A stretch of DNA of 60,525 nt from Pseudomonadota bacterium (GTDB lineage Bacteria; Pseudomonadota; Gammaproteobacteria; Acidiferrobacterales; UBA6901), in assembly GCA_021778035.1 (NCBI GenBank), contig JAJYCY010000007.1:1-60525 (forward strand). The letters are read 5' to 3'. This document shows positions 8,187 to 16,854 of this stretch, piece after piece (positions within the stretch are counted from its first letter, which is position 1; every line of letters begins with the position of its first letter). Below the pieces are notes generated by a model. It was not told the DNA's origin, made no database searches, and worked only from the letters and a program-made list of their open reading frames with translations. Position numbers and translations under genes: made by a program.

Positions 8187-11100
8187 ATGCGAACTTCGCC
8201 AGAAGTCCTCATCGTAGGGGCTGGACCTGCCGGAACTGCGGCGGCGCTGCGGTTGGCCCGCGCTGGCGTACCGGTTATGGTGATCGAAGGCGCAGAGTAC
8301 GCTGGCGCGGAGAACTGGTCGGGCTGCGTCTATCATGCCGACGGCCTGCTGCGTGAAGATGTGCTGGGCCGCGAACTGTGGCAGCAGGCACCGAAGGAGC
8401 GGCGCGTCGTCGTGCGCAGCCTGTTTGTGCATGATGGCATCAATGCCGCAGGTTTCGATGCCCGGGCGCACGGCGGCAATGATTTTGGCGAAGCATGGAC
8501 AGTCCTTCGGCCCAGGCTGGACCGCTGGCTGGCGAGCCGCGCCATTGGTGCCGGCGTCACGCTGATCACCGCCACCACTGTGACCGGTCTGCGCTACCAC
8601 GCGGACCGCGTCGTCGGCGTCAATACTGACCGTGGCCCGGTGAACGCCGGGGTCGTGTTTCTCGCGGAAGGTGACGCGGCGGGCCTGCTTGCGCGTGAGG
8701 GGCTGGAGCGCGCGCCCGCACCTCACTATGCCCAGGGCATCAAGGCGCTGTTCCGCCTGCCGCCGCCGCTGATCGAGCAGCGTTTCCGGCTGAATCCGGG
8801 AGAAGGCGCGGCCCAGGAGTGGCTGCTGCGCAATGGCCAGCTGGCCGGGCGGGTGGTGCCACTCAACATGACCGCCTTTCTCTATACCAACCACGACACC
8901 CTGTCGCTGGGGGTAGTGCTGCCGCTCGACCGCCTGGCAAAGGCCGGCGTGGCCGATCATCCGCACCTTTTCAGGCGTGTGTGCAGCCTGCCGGTCATCG
9001 CCTCCCTGATCGAGGGCGCGCAGCAGATCGCTTATGGTGCCAAGGTGATCCGGTCAGGAGGGCTGGACGAGACCCCGGACTGGGTACGCGACGGTCTGGC
9101 CGTCGGCGGTGGCTGTCTCGGTCTCGGACAGGAAGTCCCCTATCCGAATTTCATCGGTCCGGCGATCACCAGCGCCCTGGCATTTGCCGATGCAGTGCTG
9201 CGTCTGCGCCGCAGCGGTTCCCGCTACACGCGCGAGGATCTGCAACGCGAGTACGCCGATGCCTTGCGGGACACTCCTGATTTCCGCAATGCCAGGCTGA
9301 CGCGGCGCTGGCCGGCCGCCATCCATGGCGGGCCGGCCCTGTTTGACCATCTGCCGGCGTTTCTGGGGCAGATGGTCGACGCCGCCAGTCTGCCGCCGGA
9401 GCAGGGCCGGGCCCAGCGGCGGCGCGCGCTCGGCATGCAGCTCGCGCGTCTGCGCCGTGATCTTCCTCAGGCGCTGCGGCTCGCGCGTGAGCTGCGGCCG
9501 CGTCTGCGCTCGTCCCCGGGGACGCAGCCGCTGCAGGTACAGTTTCTCGAGGCACGGGGCGCAGCGCCACTGGAGCCGATGGTGCTGCGCGACGATCCGC
9601 TGCTGGCACTGGCAGCGACGGCCATCGGCCACTTTTACGGCCGGCGTCTGCCAGATCTGGCTGACCGCATGGCCATGATCTGGCGCAGCATGGCGGGTCT
9701 GCCGCGCGCGCTGCCACGTATCGGTAGTCTGGGGTTCGGGGCTCTCGGTGGCGGAGCGGCGTTGCTCGGTGACCTGACCCGGTACCGCACCGGACGTGTA
9801 ACACTCGGCGATCTGCTTCTTCGCCCCTACTATCGCTACGAGGAACGCGTGCGCCAGTGCCTCGACTGGGGTGTGGCGCACCGCAGCGCCGCGTCGCCCA
9901 CTGCCTGGATCGCACCGCTCGAGCGCTACCGTCCTGATCTCCGGCACGTGACGGTCCCCGTCGATCTTGGCGCCGGTGCCGGGCAGCTGTGCCATGTCTG
10001 TCCCGCTGAGGTCTATGCGCTTGCCGGGCCGCGCGGCGGAGTCGCAAGCCAGCATGAAAACTGCATCAAGTGCGAGTCCTGCCGCGTGACGGTGCCGGGG
10101 GTCGACTGGAACCGCAGCAGCAGCCATCGCTTTGCCTACCGCGTGCCGGGGGACTCCCGCAGCGGCCCGGATTCATCGGTGACCTCCACCCTGGAGGTGG
10201 ACGCGGACCGACTGTTTTCTCTGGATGATGCGCCGCGCTGCGCCTGGCAGCGCCTGTATCAGGCGCTGCACACACGCCCGGCCATGGTGACGGAGGAATG
10301 GCCGCGCACCTGGGCCGGGCTCATGGCGGAGTTGCCCGATGATGCGCTGACGCGCCCCCTCGTCGCGCGCCTGCATGCGTGGCTCGGGAGGCGTGCCTAC
10401 GGCTGGATGGAAACGGAGGTGCGTGCGCTGCTGCAGCAGGCACAGGCGCTGCCGGCCGATGTCCCCGCGGTGCGCGATGCGGCCGCGCAAGCCTTGCAGC
10501 GCGGCAGGGCGGAACGGGAGCACCTGAAAGCGGGGTTCCCGCCGCAGAAACTCGCGGCCCTGGCGCACGCGCCATGGGACCCGTCCGCGCGGGCTGCACT
10601 GTGCAGCTGGATCGCCGCGGCCAGAAGCCGGCGCGCCGAGGCGGTCGAGTGGCTCGCCGGCTGGTCCAGCGCGCTGGCGTGGATAGCCGCTGGCCACTAT
10701 GTCGCCGAGACCTGGGCCGGACATCCGATCGATGAAGTGCTGGCTGCCCCCTTGTGGCGCGAACAGGACGGCAGCTCCGGCTGGCTGTCGGCGGCGGCGC
10801 AGCGCCTGGTCGCACCGGACGGCAGTGTCAGCTCCGCCGGAGTGGTGGTTGCGCATGGCGCCGGACTCGATGCCGCGCAGCCGGTGCGCCGGCGCGTGGA
10901 CGGAACTGTGCAGGAATTTCCGGTGTCAGCCGTATTCGCAGAAATGACTGTTGCGCTGGCCTGCGGCCAGGCATCCGTGCTGCGGCGCCGGGCGCTGGAT
11001 TACGCGGCCACCCGCGTCCAGTTTCATGGTGAGCTGCGCGACTGCGAAGGCCGGGACAGCATCGCAAAATTCGGCATCGTGAAGCAGATGCTTGCCGGTG

Positions 11101-14100
11101 TGGAGCATGCCTGCATGCTGCTCGACCTGGCCCGGGGCTGGTGCGCGCGTGAGCCCGCCCAGGTGCTGCTGCTTGTGCGCGGGTGCATGGGTCCGTGGAT
11201 GGATGCCGTGCCGTGGCTTGCCGGACAGATCTTCGGAGGCATGGCGTACTCCGAGGAAGACATCCTGGCTCCCCGTTACCGTGACGCCATCCAGCTGAGC
11301 CAGTGGCCCGGGTCACGCGAAACCGGTACGGAAGATCCGGAGTTCGGCGCGCAGCTGATTGGCGCGATGCCGCTGCCTGGCCCGGGACGGGTGGTTGCTG
11401 ACGGTCTGCGCGGATTTGCCGAGGGACGCCAACGCATCCGCCGCCTGCGTCCGCCGACGGCGGAACCGCAGGGCCGGCGGATGCGCCCACAGCGTCCGCT
11501 CATCTGGGATGCGCATGCCAGCTTCGCGTACCTGAGCGGCAGTTTCCTGACCGGCCACCTGCTTGCCCCCGACGCACTGCTGGTGCCGGAGCACTTCCGC
11601 AGAGATCCGTCGCTGCGAAGCACGCGCGCCGGAGTCCTGAGACTGCTGCGGCGCGGTTTTCGCAGTCCGGACCGCAACGAACCCTACGGCCGTTATATCG
11701 ATTCGCTGCACGCGATGCCACAGGACGACGTCCAGCTGCTGCGGGAATTCAATGCGTTTGCGACCATCGTGCCCACCGGGCTCGGCGGCAAGGGCTGGAG
11801 CAAGGCGCAGTACTCGGTGCTTACCAATCTGTGCATGGGCGCGAAAGACACGGCCACCGGTCTGCTGATCATGGCGAGCACCAGCATCGGCACCATGCCA
11901 GTGCTGCTCGGGCGCGACAAGGACCTGCCGCGGTTGCGCCGCGAAATCGACATTTGTCTGTCGGACGCGCCGGGCTGGCAGGAGCTGCAGGATGGCATCG
12001 ACGAACTGCTGCGGATGATTGCGCATCCCGAGCCTGCCCGGATGCGCCGGATGCTTGAGCAGCTCGGCGCGGCAGTGCAGCGCATGATGCTTTTTCCCGG
12101 TTCGACGCTCAAGTACCTGGCGCGCGATTTCCTGCTGACAGTACAGCAGGTGGTGGATGCTGCAAAAAGCCATGACCTCGCGGCGCTCACCGGCAAGCTG
12201 CGTCAGTGCCGCGATGGCCTGCCGGCGCTGCGCAGCCGGTTTGCCGAGGAGCGGGACGAGGCCGGTGTCCGTCTGCGCGCGCACGACCGGTTCCTGCAGT
12301 TTCTTGCCTGCGGCCAGATCAGTGCCTTTGCGCTGACCGAACCCGCTGCCGGATCGGACACCGGTGGCATCCAGACGCGTGCGGTCCTGCATGAGGTGGA
12401 GGCGCAGCCCGACGGACCAGGCTTCTACCGGTTTACGGTTCCTGGTACGGCCCGGTCGCGCCTGCTGCTTGATGCCGCAAATCTGGTGTTCGAATCGCGG
12501 CGTGCGCTGTTCCGCATGCCGGATGGCCGCCTCGCCACGCTGGACGACAGCGACTGGGACATGGCGCGCAACAGCGGTGTGCGGCAGATCCGCATCGGTG
12601 ATCGCAGCTGGTCCTACGATGATATCGGTACCGTGGTCGTGCGCGACGGCAGGACGTACTACCGATACTGGGAACTGACCGGAAGCAAGATGTGGATCAC
12701 CAACGGTTCGATCGCCGACCGCTATTGCATCTACGCCCGGACAGCGGCTGGGGAAACCGGATTCATGCTGGAGCGGCGTTCCGAGGGTCTGCGCATCGGT
12801 CCGGACGAGAACAAGCTCGGCCAGCGCGCGTCGCCGACGAATGAGCTCAGGCTGGACCGGGTGCGTGTGAGCGCCGACCAGGTCATCGGCTTCGCCGGCC
12901 ACGGTCAGGTCAATGCGCTCGAGACACTCAGTGTCGGGCGCGGCGGGCTGGTGATGAGCTGCGCGACGCTGGCGGAGCGCGTGCTGCAGGAGTTTCTTCC
13001 GGTGTGGCGCCGCGACCCGCAGCTGCATGCCGTGGCACAGGCGGAGTGCGACCGCCTGCAGACGCTCGCCGCCCGTCTCGTCGGGCTGATGGACCGGGCC
13101 GACCTGGCGCGCGGTGATTTCCGCATCGAGGCGGCGCTGTCAAAGTACCTGGCTTCCGAGGGGGCGCACCGCATACTGGGCTGGCTCGACAGGCTGTATG
13201 GACCGGATGCTGCGGCCCGCGAGGTCATGCTCGAGAAATGGCGGCGCGACATCCGCATCCTGAACATCTATGAAGGCACCAACGAAGTCCAGCGTTTCCT
13301 GGTGCTCAAGGACCTTCCGGGCCTGGTGGGTGCATCCGCCGTCACGGTTGCGGACAATGCCCCGCTCGATGCCGCGCTGCGGACATTCCGGGAATTTGCA
13401 TCCGGACGCGTTGCGGCTTCCGGTTCCAGGGTGTGGCAGGATCCGGATCTTCAGGTCCGCTGGTTTCCTGTGGTTGACTGGGCGGCCGAGCTTTACGGCT
13501 GGGTGGCGCTGCACGAACGGATCCGCCTGCTGAAGTCCCTCGATGACCCTGCGGACCGCGCCGACATCGAGCGGCTGCAGGCCAGCGAAGCGAGCATCGC
13601 GCGCCATGTGCAGGACGTGGCCGCAATGGTGCGTGCCGAGTTCAGTCACACTGACCACGGCGAGGCGTGTTTTGCGGATGCTGCGCTGGTCCTGGCGCGT
13701 GCGGCGCTCCTGGCGCCGCCTGCCACCGAAGACCGGCCGGTCGCGGCAGGTGCGCCGGGCGGCGAATGGGCGGTGGTGCTGCGCAGCCGTTTCGAGCCGG
13801 CCGGTGAAGGACTTGCATGGGCCGGTTGGCATGCCGCGGATCTGGCAGTGCTGGACCGGCTGCTGTCCTGGTCAGACCGGTTTGCGGCGCTGCGGGTGAA
13901 AGTCGCCGCCGTAGGTCCGGACGGAATTGCCGACGCACTGCGCCGGCTGCAGGCGGCGGGGGCCGAAGTGCTGCATGTCGTGCAGCCGGCCGGTGCGGCC
14001 GGCATGGAAGCCGTAGCCCGGATACTCAGGCGTGCCTGGCCGCAGGTGCGGCGCTGGGCTTTCGGCCGTGATCCGGCGAGCCTTGGGGACCAGTGCCATG

Positions 14101-15518
14101 CGGCACATCTGGCGCAGCTGCTTAGTGCCGATCTGCTTGAGAATGCCACCGCGGTCGGACCGGCGACGCGCGGGCTGCGGGTGGAGACCGGGACCGGCAT
14201 CACGAAATTCATTGCCGCGCAGCGCGCCGTCGCATTTGCCTGGGCCTTGCGGGTCGACGGGCGTGCGGACCGGTTCACCATCCGGCAGTGGCTGGAGACA
14301 CTGCATGCACCGCCACCAGCGCACGAAGCCGCCGCCGGACCGGTGCCGGCTGGGGTGCGGATCATGACGCCGCGCAGAGCCGGAGATCTGCCCGAGCGGT
14401 TTGCTGACGCGCAGATGCTGGCTGACTGGCTGAGGGCGCGCTTCGGAGCTGGCGCGGTGCTGGATCGGCCAGCGATGACCCGCGCTGTCGATGCACCGCT
14501 GCCTGGCGGCAATCTCTGGATTACGGTGTCCGACGCACTGTCCGGTGCGAGCCGGTCGCCGGCGCTGCGCGCGATCGCGGGGCTTGAATCCCCTTTCGGT
14601 GTCCTGGCCTGGCACGCCTCCGGCCAGGAGCCCCGGCCGCCTTCGGTCATGCTGGGACAGGCCGGGTTTACGGGACTGTGGCAGCTGCCGCTGCGCGGCG
14701 GCGCCGCGCCGCCGGCAGCACTGGCCGCCGTGCTGGCCGCGCCTGCCGCCGGGCCGCATCGCATCGTCTTCGATGCTGACTATGCCGCGGTGGCTGCGGC
14801 ACTGGCCGCGCGCCTGAGGCTCCCGCTTTTCGAGGACGTGATCCGGATCGGTCCGGATGCCGTGACCAGCATGCGCGATGGCTACGAAGCCGATTATCCG
14901 TTGCCACAATCCGCGCTGCTCGTGATCAGCCGCTCCCTGGATGCTCCATCCCTGGTGACCCCGTCAGCGGCGCCGGTTGCGGTGTGCCATCTGCCAGCCG
15001 GGAGCCCCGCCAGTACGGCGCTCGAACGGTTGGCGGCACGGGCACCGGCCGGCGCCGGACTGTCATCGGCTGGCCTCATCGTCGATGTCGGTCTGGGCGC
15101 AGCGATCCTGCCCGGCCAAGAGCAGCTGGTTTCTTCGCTGTGTACGGCGCTGGCGCGGCTCAGCAACAGGGCCGTGGAAATCGGGGCGACACGCAAAGTG
15201 ACCCAGGAGCTCAAACTGCTGCAGACGGACCGCCAGATCGGACAGACCGGTGTATCGGTGGCGCCCGAGCTGCTGCTGGCGCTGGGCATTTCGGGTGCGC
15301 CCCAGCACATGGGATGGATCGACGCCGGCGCCATCGTGATTGCCATCAACCGCGATCCGGACGCTCCGATTTTCAGTTGGCCGAAGGAACATCCGGGGCC
15401 GCGTGTGATTGCCTGCGTCGGGGATCTGGAGGAATGGATACCGGCGCTGTTGCGGTCACTCGGTGCCGGAAGTGTCGCCGAGCCGGTGCAGCAGTCCACG
15501 CGCCCCGGTGTGGCATGA
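8187..15518 (+). CDS. Giant multidomain flavoprotein fusing FixC/ETF-QO-like, FixX-like ferredoxin, degenerate ACAD-like module, complete acyl-CoA dehydrogenase, ETF-beta-like and ETF-alpha-like domains (2,443 aa)
   Basis: A single ORF with no stop codon runs for 7,332 nt, with RBS GAGGAGA 6 nt before the ATG. Motifs read in frame, in order: (1) VLIVGAGPAGTAAALRLARAGVPVMVIE, a FAD Rossmann fold (aa ~6-34); (2) C602-HV-C605 ... C626-IK-C629-ES-C632, FixX-like (nt 9990-10082); (3) QIFGGMAYSEEDILAPRYRDAIQLSQWPGSRE, ACAD C-terminal-like but lacking the catalytic Glu (nt 11226-11321); (4) ALTEPAAGSDTGG, matching ACAD signature 1 (nt 12330-12368), then WITNGS and NIYEGTNEVQRF with the catalytic Glu (nt 13266-13295); (5) DLAVLDRLL...VKVAAVGPDGIADALRRLQAAGAEVLHVV, ETF-beta-like (from ~nt 13764); (6) ELLLALGISGAPQHMGWIDAGAIVIAINRDPDAPIF, the ETF-alpha FAD-domain signature (~nt 15270-15370). 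Confidence 0.8.
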   Translation: MRTSPEVLIVGAGPAGTAAALRLARAGVPVMVIEGAEYAGAENWSGCVYHADGLLREDVLGRELWQQAPKERRVVVRSLFVHDGINAAGFDARAHGGNDFGEAWTVLRPRLDRWLASRAIGAGVTLITATTVTGLRYHADRVVGVNTDRGPVNAGVVFLAEGDAAGLLAREGLERAPAPHYAQGIKALFRLPPPLIEQRFRLNPGEGAAQEWLLRNGQLAGRVVPLNMTAFLYTNHDTLSLGVVLPLDRLAKAGVADHPHLFRRVCSLPVIASLIEGAQQIAYGAKVIRSGGLDETPDWVRDGLAVGGGCLGLGQEVPYPNFIGPAITSALAFADAVLRLRRSGSRYTREDLQREYADALRDTPDFRNARLTRRWPAAIHGGPALFDHLPAFLGQMVDAASLPPEQGRAQRRRALGMQLARLRRDLPQALRLARELRPRLRSSPGTQPLQVQFLEARGAAPLEPMVLRDDPLLALAATAIGHFYGRRLPDLADRMAMIWRSMAGLPRALPRIGSLGFGALGGGAALLGDLTRYRTGRVTLGDLLLRPYYRYEERVRQCLDWGVAHRSAASPTAWIAPLERYRPDLRHVTVPVDLGAGAGQLCHVCPAEVYALAGPRGGVASQHENCIKCESCRVTVPGVDWNRSSSHRFAYRVPGDSRSGPDSSVTSTLEVDADRLFSLDDAPRCAWQRLYQALHTRPAMVTEEWPRTWAGLMAELPDDALTRPLVARLHAWLGRRAYGWMETEVRALLQQAQALPADVPAVRDAAAQALQRGRAEREHLKAGFPPQKLAALAHAPWDPSARAALCSWIAAARSRRAEAVEWLAGWSSALAWIAAGHYVAETWAGHPIDEVLAAPLWREQDGSSGWLSAAAQRLVAPDGSVSSAGVVVAHGAGLDAAQPVRRRVDGTVQEFPVSAVFAEMTVALACGQASVLRRRALDYAATRVQFHGELRDCEGRDSIAKFGIVKQMLAGVEHACMLLDLARGWCAREPAQVLLLVRGCMGPWMDAVPWLAGQIFGGMAYSEEDILAPRYRDAIQLSQWPGSRETGTEDPEFGAQLIGAMPLPGPGRVVADGLRGFAEGRQRIRRLRPPTAEPQGRRMRPQRPLIWDAHASFAYLSGSFLTGHLLAPDALLVPEHFRRDPSLRSTRAGVLRLLRRGFRSPDRNEPYGRYIDSLHAMPQDDVQLLREFNAFATIVPTGLGGKGWSKAQYSVLTNLCMGAKDTATGLLIMASTSIGTMPVLLGRDKDLPRLRREIDICLSDAPGWQELQDGIDELLRMIAHPEPARMRRMLEQLGAAVQRMMLFPGSTLKYLARDFLLTVQQVVDAAKSHDLAALTGKLRQCRDGLPALRSRFAEERDEAGVRLRAHDRFLQFLACGQISAFALTEPAAGSDTGGIQTRAVLHEVEAQPDGPGFYRFTVPGTARSRLLLDAANLVFESRRALFRMPDGRLATLDDSDWDMARNSGVRQIRIGDRSWSYDDIGTVVVRDGRTYYRYWELTGSKMWITNGSIADRYCIYARTAAGETGFMLERRSEGLRIGPDENKLGQRASPTNELRLDRVRVSADQVIGFAGHGQVNALETLSVGRGGLVMSCATLAERVLQEFLPVWRRDPQLHAVAQAECDRLQTLAARLVGLMDRADLARGDFRIEAALSKYLASEGAHRILGWLDRLYGPDAAAREVMLEKWRRDIRILNIYEGTNEVQRFLVLKDLPGLVGASAVTVADNAPLDAALRTFREFASGRVAASGSRVWQDPDLQVRWFPVVDWAAELYGWVALHERIRLLKSLDDPADRADIERLQASEASIARHVQDVAAMVRAEFSHTDHGEACFADAALVLARAALLAPPATEDRPVAAGAPGGEWAVVLRSRFEPAGEGLAWAGWHAADLAVLDRLLSWSDRFAALRVKVAAVGPDGIADALRRLQAAGAEVLHVVQPAGAAGMEAVARILRRAWPQVRRWAFGRDPASLGDQCHAAHLAQLLSADLLENATAVGPATRGLRVETGTGITKFIAAQRAVAFAWALRVDGRADRFTIRQWLETLHAPPPAHEAAAGPVPAGVRIMTPRRAGDLPERFADAQMLADWLRARFGAGAVLDRPAMTRAVDAPLPGGNLWITVSDALSGASRSPALRAIAGLESPFGVLAWHASGQEPRPPSVMLGQAGFTGLWQLPLRGGAAPPAALAAVLAAPAAGPHRIVFDADYAAVAAALAARLRLPLFEDVIRIGPDAVTSMRDGYEADYPLPQSALLVISRSLDAPSLVTPSAAPVAVCHLPAGSPASTALERLAARAPAGAGLSSAGLIVDVGLGAAILPGQEQLVSSLCTALARLSNRAVEIGATRKVTQELKLLQTDRQIGQTGVSVAPELLLALGISGAPQHMGWIDAGAIVIAINRDPDAPIFSWPKEHPGPRVIACVGDLEEWIPALLRSLGAGSVAEPVQQSTRPGVA

Positions 15519-15555
15519 TACAGCCGCGCAGCCGCAGGATATCGAGGAGACACGC

Positions 15556-16854
15556 ATGTCGGATGAAAAGGTGTTCGTCGTCGACGGGGCACGCACCCCG
15601 TTTCTGAAGGCACGGGGTCGGGCCAATGAGTTCAGCGCCGCCGACCTGGCGGTCGCGGCGGCACGGCCGGTCCTGGCGCGCGCGCCATTCGCACCGCAGC
15701 AGATCGATGAGGTCATCGTTGGCTGCGTGATTCCAGCGCCGGACGAAGCAAACATCGCACGCATCATCAGCCTGCGCCTGGGCTGCGGCAAGGCCGTTCC
15801 GGCCTTCACCGTACAGCGCAACTGTGCTTCCGGGCTGCAGGCGCTGGCAAGCGCGCGTGAACGCATCGCGCAGGGCCGCGCGCATCTGGTGCTGGCTGGT
15901 GGCACCGAGGCCATGAGCCGCGCGCCGATCCAGTGGAATGCGGCCATGAGTGACTGGCTTGCAGCGGTCATGCGGGCCCGCAATCCGGTCGCCCGTCTGC
16001 GCGCCATCGCCGGATTCCGGCCGTCCTTTCTCGTTCCGGTTTATGCGCTGCTGCTCGGGCTCACCGATCCGCTGGTGCAGCTCAACATGGGGCAGACCGC
16101 GGAGATCGTGGCCCACCGGTTCGGCATTGCCCGCGAAGAGCAGGATACCTATGCTCTCGGCAGCCACCAGCGTCTGGCCATGGCCTACAGCTCCGGCCTG
16201 ATGCGGGGGGAAATCGAGCCGATTTACGATTCGCGCGGACGCGTCTATCTCGAGGATACCGGACTGCGCCGTGATACCACCCTGGATCAGCTCGCCGGTC
16301 TGAAGCCGGTGTTCGACCGCAAATACGGTTCCGTGACCTCCGGCAACAGCTCCCAGGTGACCGACGGCGCGGCCATGCTCCTGCTGGCGAGCGAGACCGC
16401 TGTCCGCCGATACGGGCTCACGGTGCTCGGGGAACTGGTGGGCGAAGAGTGGGCCGGAGTCGATCCTGCCCAGATGGGGCTCGGACCGGTCCACGCCGTG
16501 TCGAAGCTGCTGGTCAGGTTCAATCTGCAGATGGGCGATATCAGGCAGATGGAGCTCAACGAGGCGTTCGCAGCCCAGGTGCTGGCATGCCAGTCGGCAT
16601 GGGACAGTCCCGAATACGCGCGTGACGAGCTCGGCATCAATACACCGCACGGCGCGGTGGACCGGTCGCGTCTCAATATGGAAGGCGGCGCGGTCGCGAT
16701 CGGTCACCCTGTCGGCGCGAGCGGGGCACGCCTCGTTTTGCACCTTCTGCGGTCGTTGAAGCACCACGGGGGCGGACTCGGAATAGCGACGTTATGCATC
16801 GGTGGCGGGCAGGGTGGAGCGATGCTGGTACGGGCAGGAGGAGGGCAGGCATGA
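15556..16854 (+). CDS. fadI: 3-ketoacyl-CoA thiolase, FadI-like
   Basis: RBS GAGGAGA precedes the ATG at 15556. Thiolase features are present: the active-site Cys context VQRNCASGLQALA and the C-terminal GGGLGIATLCIGGGQGGAMLV. An insertion (RARNPVARLRAIAGFRPSF...) and the WDSPEYARDELG... segment parallel E. coli FadI rather than FadA. The gene order, thiolase first, is as in fadIJ. Confidence 0.8.
   Translation: MSDEKVFVVDGARTPFLKARGRANEFSAADLAVAAARPVLARAPFAPQQIDEVIVGCVIPAPDEANIARIISLRLGCGKAVPAFTVQRNCASGLQALASARERIAQGRAHLVLAGGTEAMSRAPIQWNAAMSDWLAAVMRARNPVARLRAIAGFRPSFLVPVYALLLGLTDPLVQLNMGQTAEIVAHRFGIAREEQDTYALGSHQRLAMAYSSGLMRGEIEPIYDSRGRVYLEDTGLRRDTTLDQLAGLKPVFDRKYGSVTSGNSSQVTDGAAMLLLASETAVRRYGLTVLGELVGEEWAGVDPAQMGLGPVHAVSKLLVRFNLQMGDIRQMELNEAFAAQVLACQSAWDSPEYARDELGINTPHGAVDRSRLNMEGGAVAIGHPVGASGARLVLHLLRSLKHHGGGLGIATLCIGGGQGGAMLVRAGGGQA

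Noticed and set aside
11313-14909. Several long minus-strand ORFs inside the giant gene (e.g. 11313-13028 at 571 aa, 13646-14764 at 372 aa, 13872-14909 at 345 aa).
   Set aside because: They are antisense to a frame with clear ACAD and ETF motifs. Their compositions are Arg/Ala/Pro-biased with no motifs, so they are GC artefacts.
15373-16767. 464-aa minus-strand ORF.
   Set aside because: It is antisense to the FadI-like thiolase.
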